64,000 nucleotides of DNA from NCBI GenBank assembly GCA_965237905.1, contig OZ250172.1, positions 192,001 through 256,000 of the forward strand. Direction: 5' to 3'. A program made the position numbers and the translations under genes. This stretch comes from Nitrospinaceae bacterium (GTDB lineage: Bacteria > Nitrospinota > Nitrospinia > Nitrospinales > Nitrospinaceae). The number at the start of each line of letters is the position of its first letter. Within the stretch, counting starts at the first letter, position 1. The notes below the pieces were generated by a model. The model was not told the origin of the DNA, ran no database searches, and saw nothing but the letters and a program-made list of their open reading frames with translations. Positions 31,559 to 41,693 of the stretch are shown here, in pieces.

Positions 31559-32146
31559 TTATTTGTGACGTCTGCGACTGAGTTGTTCCCAGGGGCGGGG
31601 TTCGGTCTTTTGTTTCATCCGGCTCAATATAAAGTTAAAAATTTTTCGGGCTTCTTTCAAAGTCGTATGCGGTCCTAACAGTTTTTCCGTGTAGCTTTTT
31701 TCCAACTCAATGAACGACTGGACCTGGCGCCCATATTTTTTTACGATTTGGAGATTGCTGAGGTTGGATGTTTTCTGATCCAAAAGCTGTGGATTGCTCT
31801 TCGGGTTATCTTTCACTTCCGAAGTTTCCTGATCATGAGAGCTATCTGTGATTTGAGAGACCGGGGGGTCTTTCAAAAAATAGCGAAGGGCGAAACCTGA
31901 TTCCGTGGTGCAAAGATCATTTAAGCGTTTTGCCATCTCTTCCTCAATCTGCAACGAACCTTCCGAGACCGGTACGAATTTCCAATCCTCTTCCCCGACT
32001 TTTTCCAGCACTCCCAAATCCGCCAGATGACAACATAAAGCCGCGACAGTGGCATCTTCCACATCGGGAATCAGGATACCGTTCTTCAATAGCTCACCCC
32101 AGGAAGAGAGGGATCGTTGTGGATTTCTATCGTTCATGACAAACAC
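31559..32146 (-). CDS. Hypothetical protein
   Basis: 195-aa ORF filling the gap, co-oriented with its neighbours; no motif recognised. Confidence 0.55.
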   Translation of the reverse strand: MFVMNDRNPQRSLSSWGELLKNGILIPDVEDATVAALCCHLADLGVLEKVGEEDWKFVPVSEGSLQIEEEMAKRLNDLCTTESGFALRYFLKDPPVSQITDSSHDQETSEVKDNPKSNPQLLDQKTSNLSNLQIVKKYGRQVQSFIELEKSYTEKLLGPHTTLKEARKIFNFILSRMKQKTEPRPWEQLSRRRHK

Positions 32147-32161
32147 ACAAGCTTTTCATAG

Positions 32162-32812
32162 TCAGGCTTTACGGTTAGCCAAACGTTTGCCAAATGAATG
32201 TTTCCAGCTTTCGGAAAGCGCAGGATGGGCCATGAGCTTTTCGATGGCTTCGTACTTTGTTTTATCACGATACATAAGATAATGGGCGTCCCTCACCGAG
32301 ATTTTTTTATTATCCGAATGGATTCGTTCGACTGCCATTCCCACTTGAAGCCAGCCCTGTTTCAAAACCCGAAAATAATATCCGCAATACCCTAACTCCT
32401 GTATCCGGGAGGCCAGTTTGGGGAGTCCAAATATTTTGGTTAATTTATGGCACGGTTGCCGGGGTTGCGTGCATTGCACTTCGACTTCACCGATTCTGAA
32501 TATATCTCCAATATGAATCTGATCTTCCGTCAGCCCTTCAATCGTCAGATTTTCCCCAAAGGAAGCGGGCGGCATGTTGCGGGAAAGCTCCTTTTCCCAA
32601 ATAGGATAATGGTTGGCCGGATAACCACAGACCGCCTTATCCCGACCGCCATGATCTACCGGGTCGGCAACCTGGTCACCGTCAAATCCCATCAGGTCCA
32701 AAAAAATTTTCCCCTTAAACGGGTCCCTCAGTAGTGAAGTTTTTAATTTGTGACCTTTTTTATAAGTAACTTCACGTGGGGTTCCGATATTGATTGAGGT
32801 GATTGAAAGCAT
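32162..32812 (-). CDS. MOSC domain protein (YiiM-like)
   Basis: GDQVAD..HGGRDKAV, FGENLT, QPRQPCHKL, GYYFRVL. Confidence 0.92.
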   Translation of the reverse strand: MLSITSINIGTPREVTYKKGHKLKTSLLRDPFKGKIFLDLMGFDGDQVADPVDHGGRDKAVCGYPANHYPIWEKELSRNMPPASFGENLTIEGLTEDQIHIGDIFRIGEVEVQCTQPRQPCHKLTKIFGLPKLASRIQELGYCGYYFRVLKQGWLQVGMAVERIHSDNKKISVRDAHYLMYRDKTKYEAIEKLMAHPALSESWKHSFGKRLANRKA

Positions 32813-32887
32813 GAGGCTCCGTCAAATGATATCAATTAAAAAGAAGATGTATTTTAGCGGGTAATCGGGGTGGGAGAAAGTAAAAAT

Positions 32888-34849
32888 TTATTCTACAAAA
32901 TGATATCCGTCTCTGCCTTTTCGTTTAGCTTTATACAGGGCTGCGTCCGCCTTATCGAGAAGAGTTTCATAATCGTCCCCATCATCCGGGTACAGCGATA
33001 TACCAATACTGAATGACGACTTAATTTCATTCCCATCGAGATTTAAAGGCTCTCTACCCAGAGTGATCAGTTTTTCGGCCAGCGTCACAGCATTTTCCCG
33101 GCCCATCAATTCGGGCAGTACGAGAATAAATTCGTCGCCACCCAGGCGAGCCAGGGTATCCTCTTCTCGAACGGCGGATTTAAGTTTTTGCCCCATTTCC
33201 TTGAGAAAGAGATCGCCAATGCCATGACCGTAGTTATCGTTGACCAGCTTAAAATCATCAAAATCCAGGAACATGACCGCCAAACGCTTTTTAGCCCGAT
33301 GGGCATGAGCCAGAGCCAGAGTCAGCCGATCAATCAACAGAACCCGGTTGGGTAACCCGGTTAGAGAGTCGTAGTAGGCCATATTCTTGATGGTTTCCTC
33401 TGCCCTTTGACGCTCCAGCTCGGCTCCGGCTCGAGAGGCAAACACTCTCAAAATAGATATCGTTCTCTCTTTATCCAGCATAGGCCTGCGATCGAAGACC
33501 ACAAGATGCCCCATCACATTCAAGGAGGAATCAAAAAAGGGCACACCCGCGTAACTTTTAGCGCCTATTTCCTTTAAAAAGATCTCATCGGGAAACGCCT
33601 CTTGGATTCCATCGGCATAGAAACTGACGCTACCCCCCAGGAGATCTTCATAAGGGGTGTGAATCACTTCATACTGGTGACCGCTGACAAACTGCTCCCC
33701 ATTCCATCCCGCTATGATTTGACATTTCGAGTCGTGACCTTCTAAAATCTCACTGACCATGGTGCAACGAGCCGGTAGAGCGGAAGCCAAATGACGCACC
33801 AACGATTGGAAAAACTCATTTCCGGTTTGCGCCGAGGTTCCTTCGACGATCGATCGAAAAGCCTGATCATCGCGGTTTCTTTTTATTTCACCACCTATGC
33901 TGGCCGAAAAGGTCTTTAGTATCGATTCCTCATCAGGGGACCAGACTCGACAGGAATGACGATTGGCAAATAACGCAAACCCCCAATACGTATAATCAAT
34001 TGTAAAAGGCGCCAACACACAGGACTGGATTCCCTGCTTTTGAAAAAACGGCGGGTCCGAGCCGGCGGAGTTCACTACGTGGTTGATGGATTTCCCCATC
34101 CTCAGTTCTTTGACCCATTCGTCCCATCCCAAGCTGGTATAAGTCAAATCGCATAAGCCTCCGTCTAAATTCTTTTCACCCTCATTACACCAAAAGTATT
34201 TCAGGCTGAAAGCCCCTTCCCCGCTTTCCGGATGAGGATGATCCTGAAAGATATAAACACGGTCCATTCCCCCTGCTTTCCCAACAGTTCCCAATGCTTC
34301 CCTGATGGCGGATTCATGGTCAAAAACAGTCAGGAGTCGTATGGCGGCCTCGGACACTCCCTGCAAAAGAAGCCCTTGAGCTTTCAGGGATTCTTCCGCC
34401 TGAATTCTTTGTTGTTCTTCATTAAACAAGCTAATGGCGTGCCGAATGGCTTTGGAAAGAATTTCTGGTGAAAGACTCGCTTTAACCAGATAATCGGTGG
34501 CACCCGCCTTCATGGCCTGAACAGCAATCTCCTGATCTCCCTGGCCGGTCAACATGATTACGGGAAGCGTGTATCCTTTTTCCCGGACATCTTTTAGGAT
34601 ATCCACCCCATTCCATTCGCCTAAACGGTAATCCAGGAAAAACAGATCATAATGGGATTCTTCCAGTTTTGGGGCAATATCCTCCCGGGTGGGAGCGGAA
34701 TCCACCGTCACTTTGACATCATGAGTCCCCTCGATGATTAGCTCCTTAAAAATGAGCAAATCGTCCTCATCGTCTTCTGCGATTAAAATGCGAATGTCGT
34801 GCTCAATCAATCCCATAGGGGCCCATAAATTTTTAGTCAATTTAGGCAA
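32888..34849 (-). CDS. Response-regulator diguanylate cyclase (REC-GAF-GAF-GGDEF)
   Basis: ILIAEDD...LDYRL...MLTGQG...GATDYLVK; two GAF-like segments; DSLTGLPNR and ARLGGDEF; true start may be 34816. Confidence 0.92.
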   Translation of the reverse strand: MPKLTKNLWAPMGLIEHDIRILIAEDDEDDLLIFKELIIEGTHDVKVTVDSAPTREDIAPKLEESHYDLFFLDYRLGEWNGVDILKDVREKGYTLPVIMLTGQGDQEIAVQAMKAGATDYLVKASLSPEILSKAIRHAISLFNEEQQRIQAEESLKAQGLLLQGVSEAAIRLLTVFDHESAIREALGTVGKAGGMDRVYIFQDHPHPESGEGAFSLKYFWCNEGEKNLDGGLCDLTYTSLGWDEWVKELRMGKSINHVVNSAGSDPPFFQKQGIQSCVLAPFTIDYTYWGFALFANRHSCRVWSPDEESILKTFSASIGGEIKRNRDDQAFRSIVEGTSAQTGNEFFQSLVRHLASALPARCTMVSEILEGHDSKCQIIAGWNGEQFVSGHQYEVIHTPYEDLLGGSVSFYADGIQEAFPDEIFLKEIGAKSYAGVPFFDSSLNVMGHLVVFDRRPMLDKERTISILRVFASRAGAELERQRAEETIKNMAYYDSLTGLPNRVLLIDRLTLALAHAHRAKKRLAVMFLDFDDFKLVNDNYGHGIGDLFLKEMGQKLKSAVREEDTLARLGGDEFILVLPELMGRENAVTLAEKLITLGREPLNLDGNEIKSSFSIGISLYPDDGDDYETLLDKADAALYKAKRKGRDGYHFVE

Positions 34850-34968
34850 ATATAGAGAGAGTTCTCCTATATTTTATGGTAAGGAAATTCGCGCCCCCCG
34901 TCAACCACGTAATTATCTATAGGCTTATTTCTAAAGGACTTATGAGACTTGATAATGCGGGCGGAAAA

Positions 34969-35973
34969 TCAGGGCATCCACAGATACATAAAATTTGGCC
35001 CGGGGGTCTCTGGAATGAAATTCAGGTTCACAAAATTGAAATTGATGGAGGGGGGTACCGGTGTCGAGGAATAGATATTACTTTTGTATTGTCCGGACCG
35101 ATGATAAACAACAAGGCGCATTTCATCCAGCCCCAAATCCTTTTTGATAAATTCTTCCGCTTCATCCATATAGGCGATTTGGTCAATCAATTTGGCATCC
35201 AGAGCCTGTTGAGATGTATAAATTCGTCCATCAGCCAGTTTTTTGATTTCATCCCTATTCAATTGCTTTCGGTTATCTTCAATGGTGGCAACAAACCTTT
35301 GATGGAGACTGTCGATGGTTTGCTGGAAGATCAGACGTTCATCTTTCGTCAAAGCCCGGAATGGGGATAAAAAATCTTTATGGTCACCGGATTTGACCAC
35401 CTCGAAATCCACACCCACTTTTTCCATCAGGCCACTCAGATTCATTTTAAGGGCGATCACTCCAATGCTTCCAGTCAGCGAGGTGGGGTGAACGATAATC
35501 CGGTCTGCCGCCTGGGCCACATAGTACCCTCCGGAAGCCGCAAGATCCATGACGACGGCATACACTTTTATTTTTTTTCTTTCTTTGAACGTTTTAATTT
35601 CATGATAAATAATATCACTGGACGTCACGGTACCGCCGGGAGTATTGATTCTAAGAATCAGGGCTTTGACATCATTATCCTTCTCTGCTTTTTTTAAAGT
35701 TTCCCTGACGCGGTCGACCAACCCCGAATTCATCTCCACTCCCAATGCGGAAACCCGTTTTTTATTCGAAATCACTCCCTTGATATCAACCAGCAAGACT
35801 TTGTCGTCGCCTTCACCGGAAACCGTTTTTTCTTTTAAGGGACCCAGGCTGGGAGTCACATTGATTTTAAACAAAGTGCATCCGTTCAAAATTACAAATA
35901 GAAGTATCATCAACAGAAGGCGGACCTTGTGAACATGCTTTCGTGATCCACGGCACAAACTGATCCATTTCAT
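34969..35973 (-). CDS. sppA: Signal peptide peptidase SppA (S49), lipoprotein type
   Basis: LNGC lipobox; RINTPGG, AASGGYY, TGSIGV, ADGRIYT. Confidence 0.92.
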   Translation of the reverse strand: MKWISLCRGSRKHVHKVRLLLMILLFVILNGCTLFKINVTPSLGPLKEKTVSGEGDDKVLLVDIKGVISNKKRVSALGVEMNSGLVDRVRETLKKAEKDNDVKALILRINTPGGTVTSSDIIYHEIKTFKERKKIKVYAVVMDLAASGGYYVAQAADRIIVHPTSLTGSIGVIALKMNLSGLMEKVGVDFEVVKSGDHKDFLSPFRALTKDERLIFQQTIDSLHQRFVATIEDNRKQLNRDEIKKLADGRIYTSQQALDAKLIDQIAYMDEAEEFIKKDLGLDEMRLVVYHRSGQYKSNIYSSTPVPPSINFNFVNLNFIPETPGPNFMYLWMP

Positions 35974-35974
35974 A

Positions 35975-36892
35975 TCAATTTTCCTCACCGCACATAAATT
36001 CATAAAGAGGTTTGAAATTCGGGATCACCGAGGCCCAGCGCCCTTCTTGCCCTTCCAAAATTTCAAAGATATTGCTCCATGATTTTCTGACGACTTCCGA
36101 GTTCCTTCTGTCCTCCGGAAGAACCAGCTGCTCCAAAAAGGGCTGGGTGTTTATAACAATTTCGCGAACGGTCATGGTATCCCGAGCCACCTCCATTTTT
36201 AATTTCTTGCGGGCCTCCATGGTAGCGACATCACTGATTCGATTCTTTTGATAATCTTGAAAAAGATGCCGGAAACCCTCCTGAATATTTTCCAGGATAT
36301 CCGTGAGACGCGAATCGCTATTGACTTTAGCCAACTGCTTATTGATGCTTTGTAACGGGGAAATAATGTTGATCTCGTGAAGGGTGGACTCTTTGACATT
36401 GTAAACTTTCATCAGATCCTGAACGTCCATTTTATGCCCCTGCCCGGTTTCTGCGTTGACCGAATCCAGACATTTTTGGATCTGTTGCTCCAAATTTTCA
36501 TTGAGCTTTTCACGGGTTTGTTCCACTTGCTGGTCAAAAAGATCACCCTGACCCAGTTTTTCAAATTCAGGACGACATTCATCCGCTCGCTTTTGGATCA
36601 ACACCTCCGCTTCCGAGTTAATCATGGATTTAAGCCGGGTGATCCGCTTATCGGTTAAAGGACTTACAAATTTAATACGCACTTCCCGTTCCACCCGCAA
36701 CATCTCCCGCGGCATGGCCCGGAATACTTTTTCATAGCTGTCGTACAAAGTCTGCCAGTGCTCCAGAGTATGCTTCTTGTTGGTTTTGGTATATTTGATT
36801 GTGGTCCTTTTGATACGTACCACATTTTGCTGAATCAGGGAAATCAGCTTGTCCCTGATCATGGTGTCCATTTTTTCTTCCAGATTATCCAT
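35975..36892 (-). CDS. Hypothetical helical/coiled-coil protein
   Basis: 305-aa charged ORF in an operon-like arrangement; no motif recognised. Confidence 0.7.
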   Translation of the reverse strand: MDNLEEKMDTMIRDKLISLIQQNVVRIKRTTIKYTKTNKKHTLEHWQTLYDSYEKVFRAMPREMLRVEREVRIKFVSPLTDKRITRLKSMINSEAEVLIQKRADECRPEFEKLGQGDLFDQQVEQTREKLNENLEQQIQKCLDSVNAETGQGHKMDVQDLMKVYNVKESTLHEINIISPLQSINKQLAKVNSDSRLTDILENIQEGFRHLFQDYQKNRISDVATMEARKKLKMEVARDTMTVREIVINTQPFLEQLVLPEDRRNSEVVRKSWSNIFEILEGQEGRWASVIPNFKPLYEFMCGEEN

Positions 36893-36918
36893 AGCTGACT
36901 ATAAAAAGGTGAGTTTCA

Positions 36919-37776
36919 TTATTTGAGGTTATGGGACTTGGCGCACCGGCACCCGATTCCGTAAAATTCCTGTCCGTCATTCTGACCGTAGCGGTGCGAA
37001 ACCCGCATATAATCGGGAAGGCTGTTCCAGGCTCCTCCCCGAATCACATGATACTTGCCCTTTGAAGGCCCTTTGGGATTCTTGCGCGGACTCTTTTGAT
37101 AATAGTGAGCATCATACCAATCGAAAACCCATTCGGCAATGTTTCCCGACATCTCGTACACCCCTTCGGGGGTTTTGCCAAGCTCCAGCGAACCCACTGC
37201 TCGGAGAATATCACCTTTATCGATAAAACAACAACGGTTGAAGTGGGCTCGGGTTTCATCGGGAAGCTCTCCTCCCCAGGGATAAGTCCGATGAGTCTTG
37301 CCACCTGCGGCGCGCTCCCACTCCGCCTCCGTGGGGAGGCGTTTGCCGCGCCATGAACAGTAATTCCGGCACCGCTTCCAGGTAAGGCCAATCACCGGTT
37401 TGCGTTCCATCCCCGGTCGTGCCTTACGGTCATGCCACCCGGTAATAGTAGGATGTTGTTTGGGATTCTGTGCCAGATATGCTTCAAAATCGCCGCCCGT
37501 AACCTCATAACGGTCAATCCAGTAAGCGTTCAAATAGACTGTGTGCTGGGGGTATTCATCTTTCCGTCCGGTCCCCTCAAGACTTCCCATCAAAAACTCC
37601 CCGGCGGGAATCAACACCATATTCGCCGGATCTTCAGTTTTAGATGAATCCGCAAGCGCAGTCGCGGCCCCTGGCAGGACAACGACAACCAATACGAATA
37701 ACCATCCCAATCCACCCGATTTCACAGGAATCCCCCTACATAAAAAGGGGACATAATAAGTTATTGAGCCAGCCAA
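36919..37776 (-). CDS. FGE-sulfatase (SUMF1) domain protein, exported
   Basis: MVLIPAGEFLMGS, RLPTEAEWERAA, MSGNIAEWV, RGGAW, IGCRCA; start uncertain. Confidence 0.88.
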   Translation of the reverse strand: MAGSITYYVPFLCRGIPVKSGGLGWLFVLVVVVLPGAATALADSSKTEDPANMVLIPAGEFLMGSLEGTGRKDEYPQHTVYLNAYWIDRYEVTGGDFEAYLAQNPKQHPTITGWHDRKARPGMERKPVIGLTWKRCRNYCSWRGKRLPTEAEWERAAGGKTHRTYPWGGELPDETRAHFNRCCFIDKGDILRAVGSLELGKTPEGVYEMSGNIAEWVFDWYDAHYYQKSPRKNPKGPSKGKYHVIRGGAWNSLPDYMRVSHRYGQNDGQEFYGIGCRCAKSHNLK

Positions 37777-37864
37777 TTAAAGTCTTTATTATATCCAATC
37801 AGTCCCTGCGAAGCCGGGTGGACCGGTTCCGCACACGCTGAAACCTCTCACCTTTTTTCCGACC

Positions 37865-38353
37865 ATGCGCGCAATCAAACAATTGGATGAATGGCTGGCC
37901 CGGGCCGAATCGGGATTTCTTGTCTTCCTCCTCTTTCTCATGGTCTTTCTCGCCTTTGGCCAGGTTCTTTTGAGAAATTTTCTGGATAGCGGTCTTCTGT
38001 GGACGGACCTTTTTTTACGCCAGTTGGTGCTTTGGGTAGGTTTTCTGGGAGCCTCTCTGGCGGTCCGGGAGCGCCGCCATATTTCCATCGACGTACTACC
38101 TCAATTCCTACCTGCTGCCTATCGGCCATTTATTGAAGTGTTGGTGAATTTTTGCACGGGGTTGATCAGCGTGTTTCTTACGGTGGCCTCCTGGAAGTTT
38201 GTTCAAATGGAGATGGAGTTTCCCATCATCCTCTTTCTTGATTTGCCGGCCTGGATTTTTCAAACCATTCTACCGTTCAGCTTTGCCCTGATTTCCCTGC
38301 GCTACTTTCTGCATGTGTTTGATGACTCGATCACACTCTGGAAAAAGAAATGA
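37865..38353 (+). CDS. dctQ: TRAP transporter small permease
   Basis: Four TMs; QVLLRNF, WVGFLGASLA...RHISID. Confidence 0.9.
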   Translation: MRAIKQLDEWLARAESGFLVFLLFLMVFLAFGQVLLRNFLDSGLLWTDLFLRQLVLWVGFLGASLAVRERRHISIDVLPQFLPAAYRPFIEVLVNFCTGLISVFLTVASWKFVQMEMEFPIILFLDLPAWIFQTILPFSFALISLRYFLHVFDDSITLWKKK

Positions 38354-39624
38354 CTCTATTCATCGTCGTCGGCATCATTATCCTGGCTTTATTGGGGGTC
38401 CCGCTATATGCCATTATCGGTTTGGCGGGTTTGGTGGCCTATCACTATGCCGACCTCGATTCCGCGGGGATTTTTATTGAATTGTACCGCGTCGCCAGCT
38501 CTCCCACTCTGATCGCCATCCCGCTCTTTACCCTGGCGGGTTTCATCATGGCAGAGAGTAAAACCCCGCAACGATTGTCCCGGCTGTCTCAGTGTTATCT
38601 GGGAGGAATTCCCGGCGGTGTTCCTGTGGCTGTCATGGTAGCCTGCGCTTTTTTTACGGCGTTTACCGGAGCGTCAGGAGTCACCATTATTGCCCTGGGT
38701 GGCCTGTTTTATCCGTTATTGCTCAAGGAAAAATATTCCAAGGATTTCTCCCTCGGCTTGATGACCTCCTCGGGAAGTCTCGGACTGCTGTTTCCCCCTT
38801 CGCTCCCATTGATCCTTTATGGTGTGATCGCTCAGGTGAGTATCAACGAGTTGTTTCTCGCCGGGATCGTTCCGGGCCTGCTGATGATCGGTATACTCGG
38901 CCTGTACAGCATGTGGACGAATGTGAGGTTAAAAATCACAAAAGTTCCTTTCGATATTAAGAAAGCGCGTTCCGCCTTGCGGGAGGCCGCCTGGGAGGTG
39001 CCCCTGCCCTTCATCATTGTATTGGGGATTTACTTCGGCGTGTTTACGGTGACCGAGGCGGCGGCGGTAACGGTGGTTTATGTCCTCATCATCGAGTCCT
39101 GGATTTACAAAGATATTCACCCCGTACGGGACCTGCCCAAATTGATGATCAACAGTATGGTCCTGGTCGGCACCATCTTGATTATTCTGGGCACGGCGAT
39201 GGGGTTTACCAGCTATCTGGTGGATGTGCAGGTTCCCATGCAGGTTCTGGATTTCATGAGGCAGTATATCGACAACAAGTGGACTTTCCTGATCGTACTC
39301 ACCGTTTTACTGCTCATCGTCGGTTGTATGATGGAAATTTTTTCGGCCCTCATTGTAGTCGTCCCCTTGATCATTCCCATCGCCAAGAGTTTTGACGTCA
39401 ACATGGTGCATCTGGGGATTATTTTTCTGACCAACCTGGAAATCGGCTATTCCACGCCGCCAGTGGGCATCAATCTGTTTATCGCCAGTTCCCGTTTTTC
39501 GGAACCGGTGCTTCGTCTGTATCGGGCGACTCTGCCTTTTCTGGGGTTGCGCATCGTGGGTCTTTTGATCATCACCTATTTCCCCGCCTTGAGTCTGTTT
39601 CTGGTCAACCTCTTTCAACGATAG
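38350..39624 (+). CDS. dctM: TRAP transporter large permease
   Basis: LIAIPLF.LAG, SGSLGLLFPPS, TEAAAV, IGYSTPPVGINLF. Confidence 0.93.
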   Translation: MTLFIVVGIIILALLGVPLYAIIGLAGLVAYHYADLDSAGIFIELYRVASSPTLIAIPLFTLAGFIMAESKTPQRLSRLSQCYLGGIPGGVPVAVMVACAFFTAFTGASGVTIIALGGLFYPLLLKEKYSKDFSLGLMTSSGSLGLLFPPSLPLILYGVIAQVSINELFLAGIVPGLLMIGILGLYSMWTNVRLKITKVPFDIKKARSALREAAWEVPLPFIIVLGIYFGVFTVTEAAAVTVVYVLIIESWIYKDIHPVRDLPKLMINSMVLVGTILIILGTAMGFTSYLVDVQVPMQVLDFMRQYIDNKWTFLIVLTVLLLIVGCMMEIFSALIVVVPLIIPIAKSFDVNMVHLGIIFLTNLEIGYSTPPVGINLFIASSRFSEPVLRLYRATLPFLGLRIVGLLIITYFPALSLFLVNLFQR

Positions 39625-39700
39625 GCAGGGGATTATGTTAATATTGCTTTTTTAGTCCAGTCGATTGGCTGGAGTACCTCATAAACTTGGAGGTTTCAAA

Positions 39701-40246
39701 ATGCTGACTGCACCCAAGCAACCTTACGACATCGGTCCGCTTCATTATACGGTGGCACCCGGTCCCTGGGGTCTGATGGGTCTCGCGGCTTCGAACAAAG
39801 GACTGATTCATATTCAATCCGTGATACCCAGCGAAAAAGCTTACGTCAATTTCCTGAAACGATCCTTCGTCAACGCTCCCCAAAAAGATTCGAAACGATT
39901 GAAGCTGGCCACCGATCAGCTGCGTCTCTACCTGAAAGGCAAACTCCGGGATTTTGATATCCCGCTGGACTTCTTCACAGGAACAACTTTTCAGAAACAA
40001 GTGTGGAAAAAGCTGGCCTCCATCCCCTATGGCGAAACCCGGAGCTATGCCTGGCTGGCGCGTTCGGTTAAACGTCCCAATGCCCACCGGGCGGTCGGCA
40101 ACGCCAATGGGAAAAATCCTCTTTCAATCCTGCTACCCTGTCACCGGGTGGTTCAGAGTAATGGGGACCTGGGAGGGTATTCGGGAGGCCTTCATATTAA
40201 AAGATATTTACTTGAACTTGAGAAGACCGGCCGTGCCTCTTTATAA
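39701..40246 (+). CDS. ogt: Methylated-DNA--protein-cysteine methyltransferase
   Basis: FQKQVW..L..IPYGETRSY, RAVGNANGKNP, PCHRVV; GGAGG RBS before ATG 39701. Confidence 0.93.
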   Translation: MLTAPKQPYDIGPLHYTVAPGPWGLMGLAASNKGLIHIQSVIPSEKAYVNFLKRSFVNAPQKDSKRLKLATDQLRLYLKGKLRDFDIPLDFFTGTTFQKQVWKKLASIPYGETRSYAWLARSVKRPNAHRAVGNANGKNPLSILLPCHRVVQSNGDLGGYSGGLHIKRYLLELEKTGRASL

Positions 40247-40997
40247 AACCCAGGCGGTCGTCTTGAAGTCCATGAAACTGTCGGAAAAGGACAAACTGGT
40301 GACTTTTCTGACCGAAACCCACGGCAAAGTTAAATGCGTGGCCAAAGCGGCACGAAGGTTGAAAAGCCGGTTTGGTGCTTCTCTGGAACCCATGTCGCAT
40401 GTTTCGCTGATTTATTTCGGCAAGGAACACCAGGAGCTCTACCGGCTCAATCAATGTGATATCATCCAGTCTTTTCAGGAAATCAAAGAGAATCCCGATT
40501 CCTTTTACACGGCGGTCTATTTTCTGGAATTAGCGGGTCATATGATCGTCGAAGCGCATCCCGAACCGGAGATTTTTCATCTCTTGGTGCGATCGCTCCA
40601 GGAGGCAGGCAAAGTCGACAGTTTGGGAACTTTGTGCCGGTTGTTTGAGCTCCGGATCATGGCTCATGCCGGGTATAATCCCCGGCTCCAGAAATGTATC
40701 GCCTGCCGCAAGGAACCGCAGTCTCTGTGGGTGGGGTTCAGTTACAACCAGCACGGTATTGTCTGCGAATCCTGTTTCGAAAAAGAACCGGTAGAAACGC
40801 GGATCAAGTCAGGGACCCTCAACTACCTGAAAAAATTTCTGTCTCTTGATTTAAATCACGTCCACCGATTGAAAGTGCCGAAAGAGGTGGAAGCAGAAAT
40901 TGAATCCATCACCCATCGGCTGGTGCTGGCCCGGCTGGGAAGGGAGTTAAAATCTTATCCCTTCATCCGGCAGATGGCGGAAATGACTAGAACTTAA
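40233..40997 (+). CDS. recO: DNA repair protein RecO
   Basis: GTG start; DKLVTFLT..HGKV..VAKAARR.KSRFGASLEP; Zn-finger CIAC...CESC. Confidence 0.92.
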   Translation: MPLYKTQAVVLKSMKLSEKDKLVTFLTETHGKVKCVAKAARRLKSRFGASLEPMSHVSLIYFGKEHQELYRLNQCDIIQSFQEIKENPDSFYTAVYFLELAGHMIVEAHPEPEIFHLLVRSLQEAGKVDSLGTLCRLFELRIMAHAGYNPRLQKCIACRKEPQSLWVGFSYNQHGIVCESCFEKEPVETRIKSGTLNYLKKFLSLDLNHVHRLKVPKEVEAEIESITHRLVLARLGRELKSYPFIRQMAEMTRT

Positions 40998-41013
40998 TGG
41001 GGAATAGAGAACC

Positions 41014-41400
41014 ATGACCAAAAAAGGCATTCATACTGAAAACGCCCCGGCAGCCATTGGCCCCTATCAGCAGGGCATCCGGCTGGGCGACTGGGTGTTC
41101 ACCTCGGGGCAGATCGCCCTTGATCCAGCGACGGGCAACTTTATCGCGGGAGAAATCGAGCAGGAAACGGAATTGACTCTGAAAAATATAGCAGCCATTC
41201 TCCAGGCCGAAGGCCTTTCGATGGATCATGTGGTGAAGGCTACGGTTTACCTCTCAGACATGAATCATTTCGCACGGATGAACCAGGTCTACGAGAAATG
41301 TTTCGCGACCAGTAAACCCGCCCGGGCATGCGTCCAGGTCGCGGCCCTCCCCAAGGGCGCCAAGGTGGAAATCGATGTGATCGCGGCGGCCAACGGCTGA
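41014..41400 (+). CDS. ridA: RidA/YjgF reactive intermediate deaminase
   Basis: APAAIGPY, SGQIALDP, PARACVQVAALPKGAKVEID. Confidence 0.92.
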   Translation: MTKKGIHTENAPAAIGPYQQGIRLGDWVFTSGQIALDPATGNFIAGEIEQETELTLKNIAAILQAEGLSMDHVVKATVYLSDMNHFARMNQVYEKCFATSKPARACVQVAALPKGAKVEIDVIAAANG

Positions 41401-41417
41401 CAGTAAGGCGCAATTTA

Positions 41418-41675
41418 ATGGCAAGAAAGAAAAAGAAAAGCCGCGCGGGCGAAATTAATTTTTACAAAGCCATGACCGTGCTGGGACTCATTTTAGCGGG
41501 AGTTCTGATTTATATGTTCTTCGGATCGGCACCGGAGCTGAGCAAGCATGACTTTCATGTCGCCACCGATCCCGCCGGAAAATGCCTGACCTGCCATATG
41601 GCTCAGGATAGAAATACGCCCATCATGCCGCACCGTCCTATGGAAGACTGTACCTTCTGCCATAAACCGCAATAA
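41418..41675 (+). CDS. Small membrane-anchored diheme cytochrome c (NapB-like)
   Basis: One TM helix, then CLTCH and CTFCH with intervening TPIMPH. Confidence 0.75.
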   Translation: MARKKKKSRAGEINFYKAMTVLGLILAGVLIYMFFGSAPELSKHDFHVATDPAGKCLTCHMAQDRNTPIMPHRPMEDCTFCHKPQ

Positions 41676-41693
41676 GAATGTCAGGAAAAGTTT

